64,000 bases of DNA from Octopus sinensis (lineage: Eukaryota). Below are positions 14,306-26,995 of this stretch, piece after piece. A program made the position numbers and the translations under genes. The notes under the pieces were generated by a model. It searched no databases. It saw only the letters and a program-made list of their open reading frames with translations, and was not told the origin of the DNA. The stretch is from assembly GCF_006345805.1 (NCBI RefSeq), contig NC_043003.1, positions 34,348,001 to 34,412,000 of the forward strand, given 5' to 3'. How positions within the stretch are numbered: position 1 is the stretch's first letter; every line of letters starts with the position of its first letter.

Positions 14306-16256
14306 ATCACCCCATGGATTATATATATTCAATGGTTCTGGCCAAACAGAATTGAAGATTTTTGCTCATTTACGTACTCGTTGCGGCTTCAAATAGAGTG
14401 GTATATTTACACTCCTATAGATGATCGTATGGCATGAGTAACAGTACTCGATTTCCAGTATGGCTATCCAGTCAATTTGAGGTAGCGTACATGAACAGGT
14501 GATCGTAAACCATTGGAAGTGGCTATAAAACTAAGACACAATAACAGTAATGAATATGTGATGTGAGTGTGTGAGTGTGTGAGTGTGTGTTGTGTGCGTG
14601 TTTGTGCGTGCGTGTGTGTGAGTGAGTGAGTCCTTGTGCGTTTGTAGGTAATTATGCACTTATGTATAGGCAAGTATTGCGTTCATATGTATAGTATGCA
14701 CTATACATGTGCGTTCGTATGTATAGTATGCACTATACATGTGCGTTCGTATGTATAGTATGCACAGACACAGACAAAGACACACAGACACATACACACA
14801 AGCACACAGACACATATGCACATACACACACACAGACACACACATATTTGCTTGTACGTGTATGAGTATGTGTATATGTGTGGGAGGGGAGCATGTGTGT
14901 GTACACAAATACACATACGCTTGAAAATCTATAATTGTAAATACTGAGAAAAGAAATACAGATCTAGGCTCAAAGTTTATGTGAATCTACCTTAAAATCT
15001 AAGCTAAACTTCCTGTCAATCGAATGTTGAAAACGTGTTAGTCATACAGGGGATTAAATCTGTTGAGTGTTTAAGATACGAGTATTGATATATATTGTAG
15101 TACAACTGTCTCTGATATGTAATATCGATTTTAAAACAAGGCCGTGGCTAATTTTTTTTCATCTGGATGGGAAAAGGGAAAAGACAAAATCTTTTCAGCC
15201 AGCTCCCTCTTACTGTATGGTTAAAAAATACCCATCAACATCTGACTAGTTGTCATTAACTTAGATAAAAACATTTGCAATGAGTTCTTTCTTTGTCCAT
15301 TAATCGAAAAAAACAAACAAACAAACAAAAGCAACGCTGAACTCAGGGCTAATATCCAACGTCAAATAATGCAGAGAAAGTACAGCTGTCATATTCGTTC
15401 GCTGTTCACCTTGTTCCCATCCAGAATCGACCGATGTCAAAACTAAATCGATAAGGAAACACCTACGTGATCGCTAGACTTGTCAGAAATAGCTAACAAA
15501 TATCACTCAAATCAGTGTATGTCCTCTGCAATCAAAAGAGAAATACATGAGCAAAAGTTGTCCTATCTAAACTATTACTGTGAGAAAGATTGGATGGCGA
15601 TAACTATCCATTCAAAGATGATGTGGGGTAAGACAACATCATCAGAATGGACAGTGAAAATGTGAAATATCAATCACACTTGTACTAAGGTATGAAATAA
15701 CTGGAGTCCTTAATTTGGAATCCAAACCTAGGCGCTTGGGCGACTACCTTTCTGCGTGACATATGCCTGCTCGATCAAGGCTGACATCATTAAAGGAAAG
15801 TGGGGAGACAGCAACAACAGAATTAACATTATAGTGTTAATACATCATTGTTGATCGACCACATCAATATATGATACTTTACTTACGACTTTAAACAGGG
15901 TCGCCAAGATTCAAAAGTGTGTGCGGTGACATAGCACATCATCGATCATAGACTACAAACCACCCACCCACTGACTCTTTGTCAAATACCCTATCGATTC
16001 GACAGCCCTCCCTATTAGTCCTAACATAATTTTAACTGTGAGCCATAAAACTGAATATACAAATTGTATCCGGCCGGCCCATTTCAAAGTACCGCGTGTC
16101 ACTTGTTCATATCGATTTCTTTTGGAAATACACAATACCAGATTTTTATGAAGAGGTATGCTACAGTAGATTCAATCGGCCTTAGTATATTAATGGTACT
16201 TGATCAGTCGACGCAGTATGTGTTGTTGTTGCTATTGTTGATGGTGGTGGTGGTGC

Positions 16257-16288
<32 letters not shown>

Positions 16289-17069
16289 CTGCTGCTATTG
16301 TCGTTGTTGTTGATGGTGGTGGTGGGGATGGTGGTGGTGATGGTGGTGGTGGGGATGGTGGTGGTGATGGTGGTGGTTGTGGTGGTAGTGCTGGTACTGG
16401 TGGTGGTTGTGGTGGTGACGATAATAATGATGGTGATGATGATTGTGGTGGTGGGGATGGTGGTGGTGATGGTGGTGGTTGTGGTGGTTACGATAATAAT
16501 GATGGTGATGATGATTGTGGTGGTGGTGGTGGTGGTGGTGATGGTGATGGTGGTCGTGGTCGTGATGATGGTGATGGAGATGGTGTCAGTGGTGCTGGTG
16601 CTGGTGGCGGTGGCGAGAATTAGATGTAGAGAATGACCTCGACAGCATTTGGAATCAGAACATAAACGAAAGATGTAACAACTAGGTATCTTCTGCTAAA
16701 TATGAGATACCGATGAACCTCTGCCCTTCGACCGGCTAGAAATAGCAACCAACTCTATTTCAAGCTACATCCTGCCACTTTAGAAACGAAGGACAACTTT
16801 GAATATGTGTTGCTAAGTTCATTGTACCCAATGCCGAGAGAAAGAATGGGATGAACGTAGCTGGAAGGCCTTTCAACATACTTCAGTTCGATTAGGGATG
16901 GTATAGAGCTTAACAACAAATCAAACTTTGGTCAGATGTTCAAGAGTCTGGCTTAACCCAAATGAATTTCACTCGCGTATCATTGATTTCCATTGCCCGG
17001 GTATATAACCTCCCTTCTAAAGAAGGATGTTTGGCTTATTGAATGTCTTGCTCCAAAAAGGTGTGATCA

Positions 17070-17500
17070 AAAAGCTGGCGCACGAAGTTCCAAACTGTTA
17101 CCTCTCTTAAACTAAATATTGTTATTTATTCATTTTTTTTTTCAAGTTGGAAGTAGAATTATTGGCTTAGCTATGCCTATCGCCTTCACAGGCCTTCTAG
17201 GAACGGTGAGGTCTATGCGTTTGATGTTCTAATTGAAACGGCAGTAACAAAAGCCTGAGTGGATATGGTTACGGATAGCCCATGATCAGAAGAAATGAAG
17301 GGGAGTTGGACGAGAGCAACTAGATGGAAGTGATATAAGTCAGAGCTATAACGGTAGAAAATGTGAAGTAAAGAAAAACTACGTCTACAGATCAAAAGCT
17401 TGAACATGTGAGCGCGAACAACTTCATAGTTATTAATCGAGTGGCTTCAAATTTACTCAAATGCTTTAGATTTTACGGAATGAAGTAATATCGTGCCACA
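17070..17500 (-). mobile_element. Possible decayed mariner/Tc1 transposase remnant
   Basis: Minus frame LHIFYRYSSDLYHFHL resembles the mariner HPPYSPDLAPSDYHLF motif. Heavily degenerate. Confidence 0.35.
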
Positions 17501-18280
17501 GCTTACATATGTTTGTCAATGACATGCTAAAGGGAAATTTAGACATCACAGTTTCGGGTGGCGAGCCTACCTTTAGAGAGTTACGAAAACTTCTATTGAT
17601 TCACGAGGGCAGCCATTTGTGGGGAGAGGATTTATGAAGAAAAACATCTCGTTTTTAAAGAAAATGAAACAACATTGATGGTAATAAGGTCTTTGACAAG
17701 AGTTTTATTCACTTCTATATAATTTACTATCAAGAATAGAATTCGAATTACACGCCACATATAATAATATGTGTGTCACAGTCTACGTCTTTATAATATA
17801 TATTTTCTAACTACAGAAACTTTATTTTCCCAATTATTGGAAAAGCTTGTAGTATCTTATTGGATTTATCTCCCTTGTCATATTTTTTTAGATCTGAAAG
17901 ACCATCAGAGAGTTAGAAAGTTTTCCATTCGCTATATCACGCGTGTGAGAGTCTAATGTGCATATAACATTCATGTAAGTGTTAATTAATTAACGATAAT
18001 TAATAACTTTACTCAAGAGTATCTATGAGTTTATAAAACAAATTTATGTAGGTATAATTATATATGTGTACGGGTGTGTGGTTGGGTGTGCGTGGGTGTG
18101 CATGTATGCGTGTGTACGTATGCATGCATGCGTGTGCATATATGCATGTATATATATGTGTTTGTATATGTGTATATGTATATCTATCTATCTATCTGTA
18201 TAAGTGTGTAATATGTCCCTGTCTTGGTATGTGTATGAGTGAGTGAGTGAGTGAGTGAGTGAATGTCTAAGTGAGTGAGT

Positions 18281-18351
<71 letters not shown>

Positions 18352-18602
18352 TGTGTGTGGTGTTTTGTCTGTGTGTGTTGTAGTTTCTCCTGAAGGCTAC
18401 CTTTACCAGATTTTCATTAAAGAAAAATATATAATAAAGTACGATAAAATGTCTAACATGTGACGCATTATTCACTCAACAGATATAACTTATTCCAGCC
18501 ACGCCATAGCCAACACAGTTGTAATTATTGATCTTCTGTACACACACACACACACAAACACAACTTCGTCCCACATACACACACATATACATATTAAGAA
18601 GT

Positions 18603-18720
18603 AAAAGTTATGGCCGGTCATAGAGTGACCTTTTTTTATGACCAGCCATAACTTTTAAATATGTTATTGCTCTAATGATTTAAGAGTGCGCTTCTTTTTC
18701 GGATATAAAGACTACTGGCG

Positions 18721-18722
<2 letters not shown>
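18603..18722. repeat. Short hairpin repeat family, copy 1
   Basis: 20-bp stem aaaagttatggccggtcata / tatgaccagccataactttt (one mismatch), followed by a ~65-bp tail shared with the copy at 22924-23075. Confidence 0.7.
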
Positions 18723-18758
<36 letters not shown>

Positions 18759-18759
<1 letters not shown>

Positions 18760-19053
18760 GAGGCGCAATGGCCCAGTGGTTAGAGTAGCGGGCTCGCGGT
18801 TTCGATTCTCAGACCGGGCGTTGTGTGTGTTTATTGAGCGAAAACACCTAAAGCACCACGAGGCTCTGGCAGGGGGTGGTGGCAATCCCTGATGTACTCT
18901 TTCGCCCCAACTTTCTCTCACTCTGTCTTCCTGTTTCTTGAGCAACGCTGCGATGGACTGGCGTCCCGTCCAGCTGGGGGGAACACATACGCCACAGAAA
19001 CCCGGAAGCCGGGCCCACGAGCCTGGCTAGGCTTGAAAAGGGCGCATAAATAA
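18759..19053 (+). mobile_element. SINE family C, tail type 1
   Basis: A box tggcccagtgg, B box ggtttcgattc, and body tttattgagcgaaaacacctaaagc shared with 28928-29200 and 46878-47262. Confidence 0.85.
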
Positions 19054-19074
19054 TATATATATATATATATATAC

Positions 19075-19345
19075 AGGAAAATAGGGATTAAAACATCCAG
19101 TCTTTAATTAATTCCAATGTTAATACCCAATTTTGTAGAGAAAAACCTTATAATTCACGTGGGTACATATTAAATTTATAAAAATTGAATATGAATAGAA
19201 AATGGAGATATACACCTGTCATTTCAAAAATTAAAATTTATTAACATAATATATTGTAATATAATTGTAAGGTTTTTCTCTACAAAATTAGGTATTAACA
19301 TTGGAACTAATTAAAGACTGGATGCTTTCATCCCTATTTTCCTTG
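19075..19345. mobile_element. Palindromic element with ~82-bp arms inside (TA)n
   Basis: caggaaaatagggattaaaacatccagtctttaatt... (19075-19155) is the near reverse complement of 19263-19345. (TA)n on both sides. Confidence 0.8.
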
Positions 19346-19350
19346 TGTGA

Positions 19351-19390
<40 letters not shown>

Positions 19391-19489
19391 TATGCGCCCT
19401 TAATGTAATATAATAAATATAATATAATAAATAATAAGTACTAAATACAAATTACAAACAATTGTTTCAATTCTTACCCATCGGGACAG

Positions 19490-19828
19490 TCGGGACCCCC
19501 TTCGGTCATGACACTGACCATGGGATTACACCTAGAAAGTTACCCTCCTAGTCACAAGTCTGGGCAAGGTGGTTTATGGAAGACCAGCAGTCGCCCATGC
19601 ATACCGGCCTACCCTCTCCACGCCACCAGTGTTATCCAAGGAAAAGGCAAAGGCCGATACAGCTTGGTACCTGTGACGTCGCAACTCGTTTCTACAGCTG
19701 AGTGAACTGGAGCAACGTGAAATAAAGTGTCTTGCTCAAGAACGCAACACGCATTCCGGTCCAGGATTCGAACTCACAATCTCACGATCGTAATCTCGAC
19801 GCTCTAACCAATGAGCCATGCGCCTTCT
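19490..19828 (-). mobile_element. tRNA-headed CORE-type SINE
   Basis: Minus strand: aggcgcatggctcattggttagagcg (A box), gagttcgaatcc (B box), ttgagcaagacactttatttcacgttgctccag body. Confidence 0.75.
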
Positions 19829-20195
19829 TACCCATAGTAACATAATATAAATCCATCGTTCGTGGACAAGAATTATTTCAGTGTAATTTTTGATATACGA
19901 GGATTCACAGATCCAAGAAAAGACTAAATTTATTTGTTTTCAAGTGTTACCGTCAATAATTAAAAACAAAAACAAAGATAAAAATAAAATATATATAAAT
20001 ATAAAATATGGAGAATAAACTATTATAATGGTCATAAAGTATAGTTGTAGTATATTATGTATTTTTATGTAAATATATCTTAGGCCATTAGTTTTGTTTT
20101 TTTTTAAATACCAGGAATAATATGTATGTATGTATGTATACATATATATGTATGCAACACACGCGTATTCGCCATCTTGCGGACAAAACTAGGGA

Positions 20196-21996
20196 GACAG
20201 CGAGCTGGCAGAAACGTTAGCACGCCGGGCGAAATGCTTTGCGGTATTTCGTCTGCCGCTACGTTCTGAGTTCAAATTCCGCCGAGGTCGACTTTGCCTT
20301 TCATCCTTTCGGGGTCGATATATTAAGTACCAGTTACGCACTGGGGTCGATGTAATCGACTTAATCCGTTTGTCTGTCCTTGTTTGTCCCCTCTGTGTTT
20401 AGCCCCTTGTGGGTAGTAAAGAAATAGAAACTAGGAAGATAGCTTTTTAGTTTGTTTTCTGTTGCTAAATACCCTTCCTCTCACCAACAGAAATGGATTG
20501 TGTCCGATTTGTACGAGTATATAAGTGTGTGTGTGTGTGTGCGTTGTGTGTGTAACTCTTTTCTACTCTAGGCACAAGGCACAAAATTTCTGGGAGGAGG
20601 CCAGTAGATTAGATCGACCCCAGTATGCAACTGGTACTTAATTTATCGAACCTGAAAGGATGAAAGGCAGAGACGACCTTGGTGGAATTGAACTCACAAC
20701 GTAAAAACAAACGAAATACTGCTAAGTATTTCGCCCGGCGTACCAACGTTTCTCTCAGCTCGCTCGCCACCTTGTACTCGTGTGTATTAAACATGCACTG
20801 AGTATTGAATTTGACGCAGAGAATAGAGTCAATATTAAGGACAGTTTAAAGCGCCGGAAAAAATGCTAAGCAACTTTTCTTCCGACTTTACGTCCTGAGT
20901 CCAAATGCCACCGGGGTCGACTTTGCCTTTCATCCTTTTAGGGTGGATAAAATATGTACCAGCTGACCAGCTGAACACTTGGTCGATATAATCGACTAGC
21001 CACCCCACCATCAAAACAAAACTGCAGTCCTTGTGCGTATAATGAAAAAGAATATAAAAACTGTACACATTGAAGTTTTTTTATAGAAGCCACTATCGAC
21101 AAAGCGTTAAAGAGAACTGCTGCTGCTACTGCTATTATTATTAATAATAATAATTATTATGGTTTCCAATTTTGCCACTAGGGCAGCAATTCTGAGGGAC
21201 TCAAGTGTTCAACTGGTATATATTTTATCGACTTCGAAATGATAAAAGGCAAAGTCGACGTGGGCGGAATTTGAACTCAGAACGCGAAACCAGACAAAAT
21301 ACCACTAAACATTTCACCCGGAGTGCTAATGATTCTGCCAACTCACCACCTTAATAACATTATTAATCTTTTCTACTATAGGCACAAAGCTGGAAATTTT
21401 GGGGACAGGGTAAAGTCGATCACATCGACTCCAGTGTTTCACTGGTACTTCATTTATCGACCCCGAATGGATGAAAGGCAAAGTCGACCTCGGCGGAATT
21501 TGAACTCAGAACATAAAGACAGACGAAATACTGCTAAGCATTTCGGCCGGCGTGCTATCGATTCTGCCAACTCACCACCTTAATAACACTAAAAATAATA
21601 ATGGTTTCAAATTTTGCCACGAGGGAAGCCATTTGTGGGGAGAGGATGAGTCGATTACATCGACCCCAGAGCTCATCTGGTGCTTATTTTATCGACGCCG
21701 AAAATATGAAACACAAAGTCGACCTCGGCGGCATTTGGACTCAGAACATAGTGACGGGCGAAATGCCGCTAAGCAATTTTGCTTAACGATAATAATTTCT
21801 ACAAAAGGCCAGGCCTGATATTTTGGGGGTAGATTTTAGGGTAGGGTACTAGTCGATTACATCCACCTCAAAACTAAACACGTACTTATTTTATCATTCC
21901 CGATGGGATGAAGGGCAATGTCGCCATTGGCGGAATTTGTACTCGGTGCGTAAAGGCAGGCGAAATTCCGATTAGCATTTTCTCCGGCGTGCTGAC

Positions 21997-22053
<57 letters not shown>

Positions 22054-22215
22054 CCTCTTTTACTGGAGGCGCAAGGCCTGTATTTTTTCTTTGGGGGTGG
22101 GGGAGCGGAGTGGGTTAGTCGATTACATCGACCCCAGTCCGGAGGATCTCGATGGAATTTGAACTCAGAACGTACAGATGGATGAGATGCCGCTGAACGT
22201 ATTGTCTGGTCTGCT
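20196..22215. mobile_element. Cluster of about 8 family A SINEs (Deu/Nin-domain-like) in both orientations
   Basis: Repeated gtcgactttgcctttcatcctttcggggtcgata...agtaccag core. Plus copies at about 20196-20430 and 20835-21050; minus copies at about 20555-20765, 21160-21350, 21370-21580, 21600-21790, 21800-21995 and 22050-22215. Confidence 0.85.
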
Positions 22216-22523
22216 AATTAGTAGTAGTAGTACTTGTGTGTGTATAGTAGTAGTAATAGTAAAAAAATAAGTACACATAGACATATATTTATATAAGTTT
22301 AAACATTTGAGTTGCAATTATGAGCATATTATGAATAGATTCATAGTATATAAACTACAAAAAATTACACTAATTGTTTACATAACTACTACAACCTGCT
22401 TATATGCATAGGTATATGCAAGCACGTATGTATGCATGTATGTAAATATTGATTTTATGTGCAAACACACACCACATCTTCGGTCTTACCCTATATATAT
22501 ACATATATATATATACATATATG

Positions 22524-22587
<64 letters not shown>

Positions 22588-22599
22588 ATATATATATAT

Positions 22600-22740
22600 G
22601 AGAATACCAAAATGGACAAGAACGCAAAAAATCCAGAAAGTTAGATGATACAAAAAAGGAACAAGAAAACATCCAGACAGACGATACAAAAAAAGAAAGG
22701 AGTTTTCTTTCTTCAGTCGAGTTCCAGATTATCTTTGCAA
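22600..22740 (-). mobile_element. TA-embedded short repeat with a truncated hammerhead-like start (CTGAAGA)
   Basis: Its reverse complement is similar to 44892-45047 (gataatctgg...tttgtatcgtct.tctggatgtttt...tttgcgttc). Flanked by (TA)n on both sides. Confidence 0.6.
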
Positions 22741-22853
22741 TTTTTGCTATATACATATATATATATATTATATATATATATATATATTATATATATATAG
22801 GAGAGAGAGGGGGAGAGAGAGGGGGAGAGATAGATAGATAGATAGATAGATCT

Positions 22854-22919
<66 letters not shown>

Positions 22920-22923
22920 TAGG

Positions 22924-23075
22924 AAGTTAAAATGTTATGGCTTGGCTTGTCATAGAGTGATCATTTTCTATGACCGGCTATAACTTTTAACTTCTTAAAA
23001 AAAATATGTTACTGCTCTAATGATTTAGTGTGTGCTTCGTTTTTGAATATATGAACTGCTAATGATATATATATA
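22924..23075. repeat. Short hairpin repeat family, copy 2
   Basis: aagttaaaatgttatggc...gtcataga / tctatgaccggctataacttttaactt stem, with the same tail as 18603-18722. Confidence 0.65.
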
Positions 23076-23703
23076 TATATGGATGCAATGGATGCACCTG
23101 TGTGTATGTATGTATGTATGAGAGAACGCATAAAAATTTCTAGAAATGCAAGTGTTGATTTATGGACAAATACTGAAACTTTCAGAATGATTGTTAACGA
23201 CAGGTAAGAAGAAATGTTTCCAGTTGTGATTTACTGCTTCAAAAACGACACGATACTAGCAAATTAGTTAAGAAAACTTTGTTTCATGGTACCACGTGGA
23301 GAATATTTTTGTTTTGCTTTTCTTATGTCTTTCTTTTTTTCTTATTTTCTTTCGTTTTTTTTTTGTTTTTTTTTTCTTTAAGCTTCAGAATTTTATGAAG
23401 CATGTGTCATTATTTGACTTACGTTAAAAAATTCGTTTTTACATGAGTTTTGAACTAAAGAAATATGCGATTAATATATTGCAAAAGTCGTTGACTTTGT
23501 TCTACTCTAATAATGTTCGCAATCAAAAATTTAATTTTAAACAACACAGCATAGAGTTTATAAAGAAAGAAAAAAAAAATCGATAGCAAACGAAAGTTTT
23601 AGCAAGAAACTAGAAACTTCGAAATAACTACGCAAAAAGGAAAAGTCAGATCCAAAGTTGAAGAAGAACAAGAAGAATAAGAAAGAAAGGAAGAAAGAAA
23701 AAC

Positions 23704-23754
<51 letters not shown>

Positions 23755-23778
23755 AAAAAAGAAAAAAGTGAAACTTAC

Positions 23779-25033
23779 GTCCAGGCTTATCTCGTCGCTG
23801 GCTCTTCGTTTTCTTTCGTTAATTCCCGATGGTTTCACGGTTTCTTCACCGATTAGAAATGAACTTCCGCTGGTAGCGTTGCCACACAACGCCACAGCGC
23901 TGACACCTCCGCCATTACCACCACCTCCACCTCCTCCGCCGCCGCCACCAGCACCACTAGCAGCAGCAGCTCCCGAATTGCTGCTAACTACTCCAACTGC
24001 ACCTCCTGCACCGAACACTGCCACACTACCGGCACCGAGGACTGCTCCGCTGCTGGCACCACCGTTTCCTCGGTGTTGTTGTTGTTGTTGTTGCTGTTGT
24101 TGTTGCTGCTGTTGTTGCTGCGGTTGTTGCGGTTGTTGTTGTTGCTGCTGCTGCTGCTGCTGTTTGGGACTGCAGCTGACAACGAGTTTGTTGCTCATGT
24201 TCAACGGTCCACATTCTTCATCCTTGAAACAGTCCATTCCTACGTCGTCGTCTTCGTCTTCCTCCTCGCCACCACTACCACCACCACCGGTCCCACCACC
24301 ACCACCACCACCACCACCACCACCTCCTCCTCCTCCTCCACCACCACCGCCGCCGCCGCCTCCTCCTCCACCCTCTCCGACGCTTCCACCACCACCACCG
24401 CCGCCGCCGCCACCACCACCACCTCCTCCTCCTCCGCTGCCGCCGCCGCCGCCTAAGTCAGCACCGACTAGCGTTTCAGATTTGATGGAAATTTCCGGAT
24501 AAATGCTGCTGCTGCTGCTGCTACTACTACTACTACTGTTGCTGCCGTTACCACTACCGCCTACACCGCCAACACCGCCTCCTCCTCCTCCCCCTCCTCC
24601 TGCTACTCCTCCTGCGACGCAACCACCAGCGGTTGTACTGCTGTTGTTGGTGGTGGTGTTGATGCTGCTGCTGCTGCTGTTGCTGCTGTTCGTGTTAGTG
24701 TTGGTGTTAATAATGTTGGTAGTGGTTGTAGTGCAAGTGGTACTAGTAGTGGTGATGATGCTGCTGCTGTTGTTGTTGTTAGCACCGTTGTTGCTATTGT
24801 TGTTGTTGTTGTTGTTACTACCGCTGATATTGCTAGCTGCACTATTACCGTTGCTGTTGTTGCTGCTGTTGTTGTTGTTTGGGCTGCTGGCACCGTTGTT
24901 ACTGATATTGTTGTTGTTGTTGTTGTTGTTTTTCTGCTCCCCAGCGGAGGGGTGGCACTTCCACCACCGCCTCCACCTCCACCGCCGACTCCTACGCCGA
25001 TACTCGGACCATTTTCACAATCGGGTGCCTCTT
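23779..25033 (-). CDS. Large internal coding exon of a probable transcriptional regulator (poly-G/N/S/T/Q tracts); apparent 1-nt frameshift near 24930
   Basis: Polypyrimidine acceptor ttttttgttttttgcag|AAGAGG at 25034/25033 and donor GAC|GTAAGT at 23779/23778. Reads EAPDCENGPSIG...GSRK, then a frame change to NNN...IYPEISIKSETLVGADLG...MDCFKDEECGPLNMSNK...polyQ...ERKRRASDEISLD. Contains a SUMO-type IKSE, a CtBP-like PLNMS and a basic KRR. About 380 stop-free codons lie 3' of the shift. Confidence 0.8.
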
Positions 25034-25116
25034 CTGCAAAAAACAAAAAAAAAAACAAAAAAAAATTATTTTTCTTTCGTTTCTATGTTTTCATTATGTA
25101 TATATATATATATAAA

Positions 25117-25149
<33 letters not shown>

Positions 25150-25377
25150 GTGTTGTGTGTGTGTGTGTATGTATGTGTGTGTGTGTGCGTTTATTTACTT
25201 CTGAAAGAGAGGAATGGATTACACAACAGTGACATGCATTTAGCCTCGATTCCAGTATTAAGATCAAAACTATGGAAGCCCTTGTTATACAAACGTCTCG
25301 ACAAATTAAGAAAAACAAAAAAAATAGAAAAAAGGAATAGAAACAATATATCATAAATACAACATGATTCATCACTC

Positions 25378-25409
<32 letters not shown>

Positions 25410-25798
25410 CCATTTTTCCTGAGCGCCTAATAATAATAATATATTTAATTGTTCCACGTGTTGTTGTTTTTACTGTTTTCCCGTTTGGATTAACCTTATA
25501 TATATATATATATATATATCTTCATGCGTGTGTGAATACATTTGAGTGTGTGTACATGCATGTATCTAAATATGTGTATATATGTATGTATATATTTACA
25601 TACCTATTTATACATACATATGCATGTTTGTGCATGCATATATATTTGTATACACACACACACACACACACACACATGAAATATGTGGATATCAATGAAT
25701 ATGCGTTTGTATGCATGCTTGCAAACGTGTCTGAATGTTTAACTAATTTTTTTTTTTGCAACCTTGGGGTCCCGGGTTCCATTCACTTTTTCTTTTGT

Positions 25799-26226
25799 TT
25801 TACTCTTTTACTCTTTTACTCTTTTACTTGTTTCAGTCATTTGACTGCGGCTATGCTGGAGCACCGCATTTAGTCGAGCAAATCGACCCCGGAACTTATT
25901 CTTTGTAAGCCCAGTACTTATCATATCGGTCTCTTTTGCCGAACCGCTAAGTAACGGGAACGTAAGCACACCAGCATCGGTTGTCAAGCAATGCTAGGGG
26001 GACAAACACAGACACACAAACACATACACAAACACATATATATATATATACATACATATATACGACAGGCTTCTTTCAGTTTCCGTCTACCAAATCCACT
26101 CACAAGGCATTGGTCGGCCCGGGGCTATAGCAGAAGACACTTGCCCAAGATGCCACGCAGTGGGACTGAACCCGGAACCATGTGGTTGGTTAGCAAGCTA
26201 CTTACCACACAGCCACTCCTGCGCCT
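25799..26226 (-). mobile_element. SINE family B
   Basis: Full reverse copy from the (tactctt)n tail to the cagccactcctgcgcct head. Confidence 0.85.
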
Positions 26227-26995
26227 GTATTTTGTATTTTATTTATTTATTTATTTTTTTGGTCAGAAGGATAGTAGTGTCCATGACCCTTAACAGGGCA
26301 CTAGAGACTGCTGGGAAGAAAGAAGGAAGTTAAGATTTAAGGTAAATGTCATTTGCATAACCTCGAAGTGAGTAAATCTGGGGAACCAGAATATGTGGAA
26401 ACCAGTTGAATGGTTATCAACTATAATTCAAACCTCAGCATCGTTAGACCCTCCTCACTGTTGCGCTATTTTGATATGAGAATTACGTTGAGGATGCTTG
26501 TGTCCGTGGAATATTCAGCGACTTAGAAATTAATTACACGAGAAGATAATTCACGTGAAAGAAAAACAGAATGATCATCGCCGAGACGGACGGAGTACCC
26601 ATCACATATGTACTACATATATGTATTCATGCATGCATGCTGCATGCATGCATGCATGCACACACAAGTTTCTATCTTGAAACACACAAAATCAAATACA
26701 CACACGCACACACACACACCACACACACACACATAATGGAAGATTTTACGAAAGCAATTAGAACGAATCATGAAATGTCTAAATTTCTGAAATTAAATTG
26801 TAATTTAGATATTCAATAATTTATATACAACTTTGGGCACAAATTACAATGTCATAAAACTATAATGCGACTGTGTTGCTGTTATAGATTTTGATGTTTT
26901 TTAGCTTCAGGCCATTCCTGAGCGAGTTGGCCTATGTTCAAAAGCATTACAGCTATGATTATCAGTATACATATATATATATATATATATATATA

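Noticed and set aside
16064-16636. 190-aa Val/Leu ORF
   Set aside because: (GTG/GAT)n microsatellite.
18759-18830. tRNA genes at SINE heads
   Set aside because: A and B boxes are present, but there is no complete cloverleaf and they continue into SINE bodies.
25010-25020. A-to-I editing of UGA to UGG to open the alternative frame
   Set aside because: Would give a W/R-rich unnatural peptide; a 1-nt indel is simpler.
23768-25204. Plus-strand Pro/Cys/Leu-rich ORFs
   Set aside because: Antisense shadows of the minus-strand exon; the splice signals support minus.
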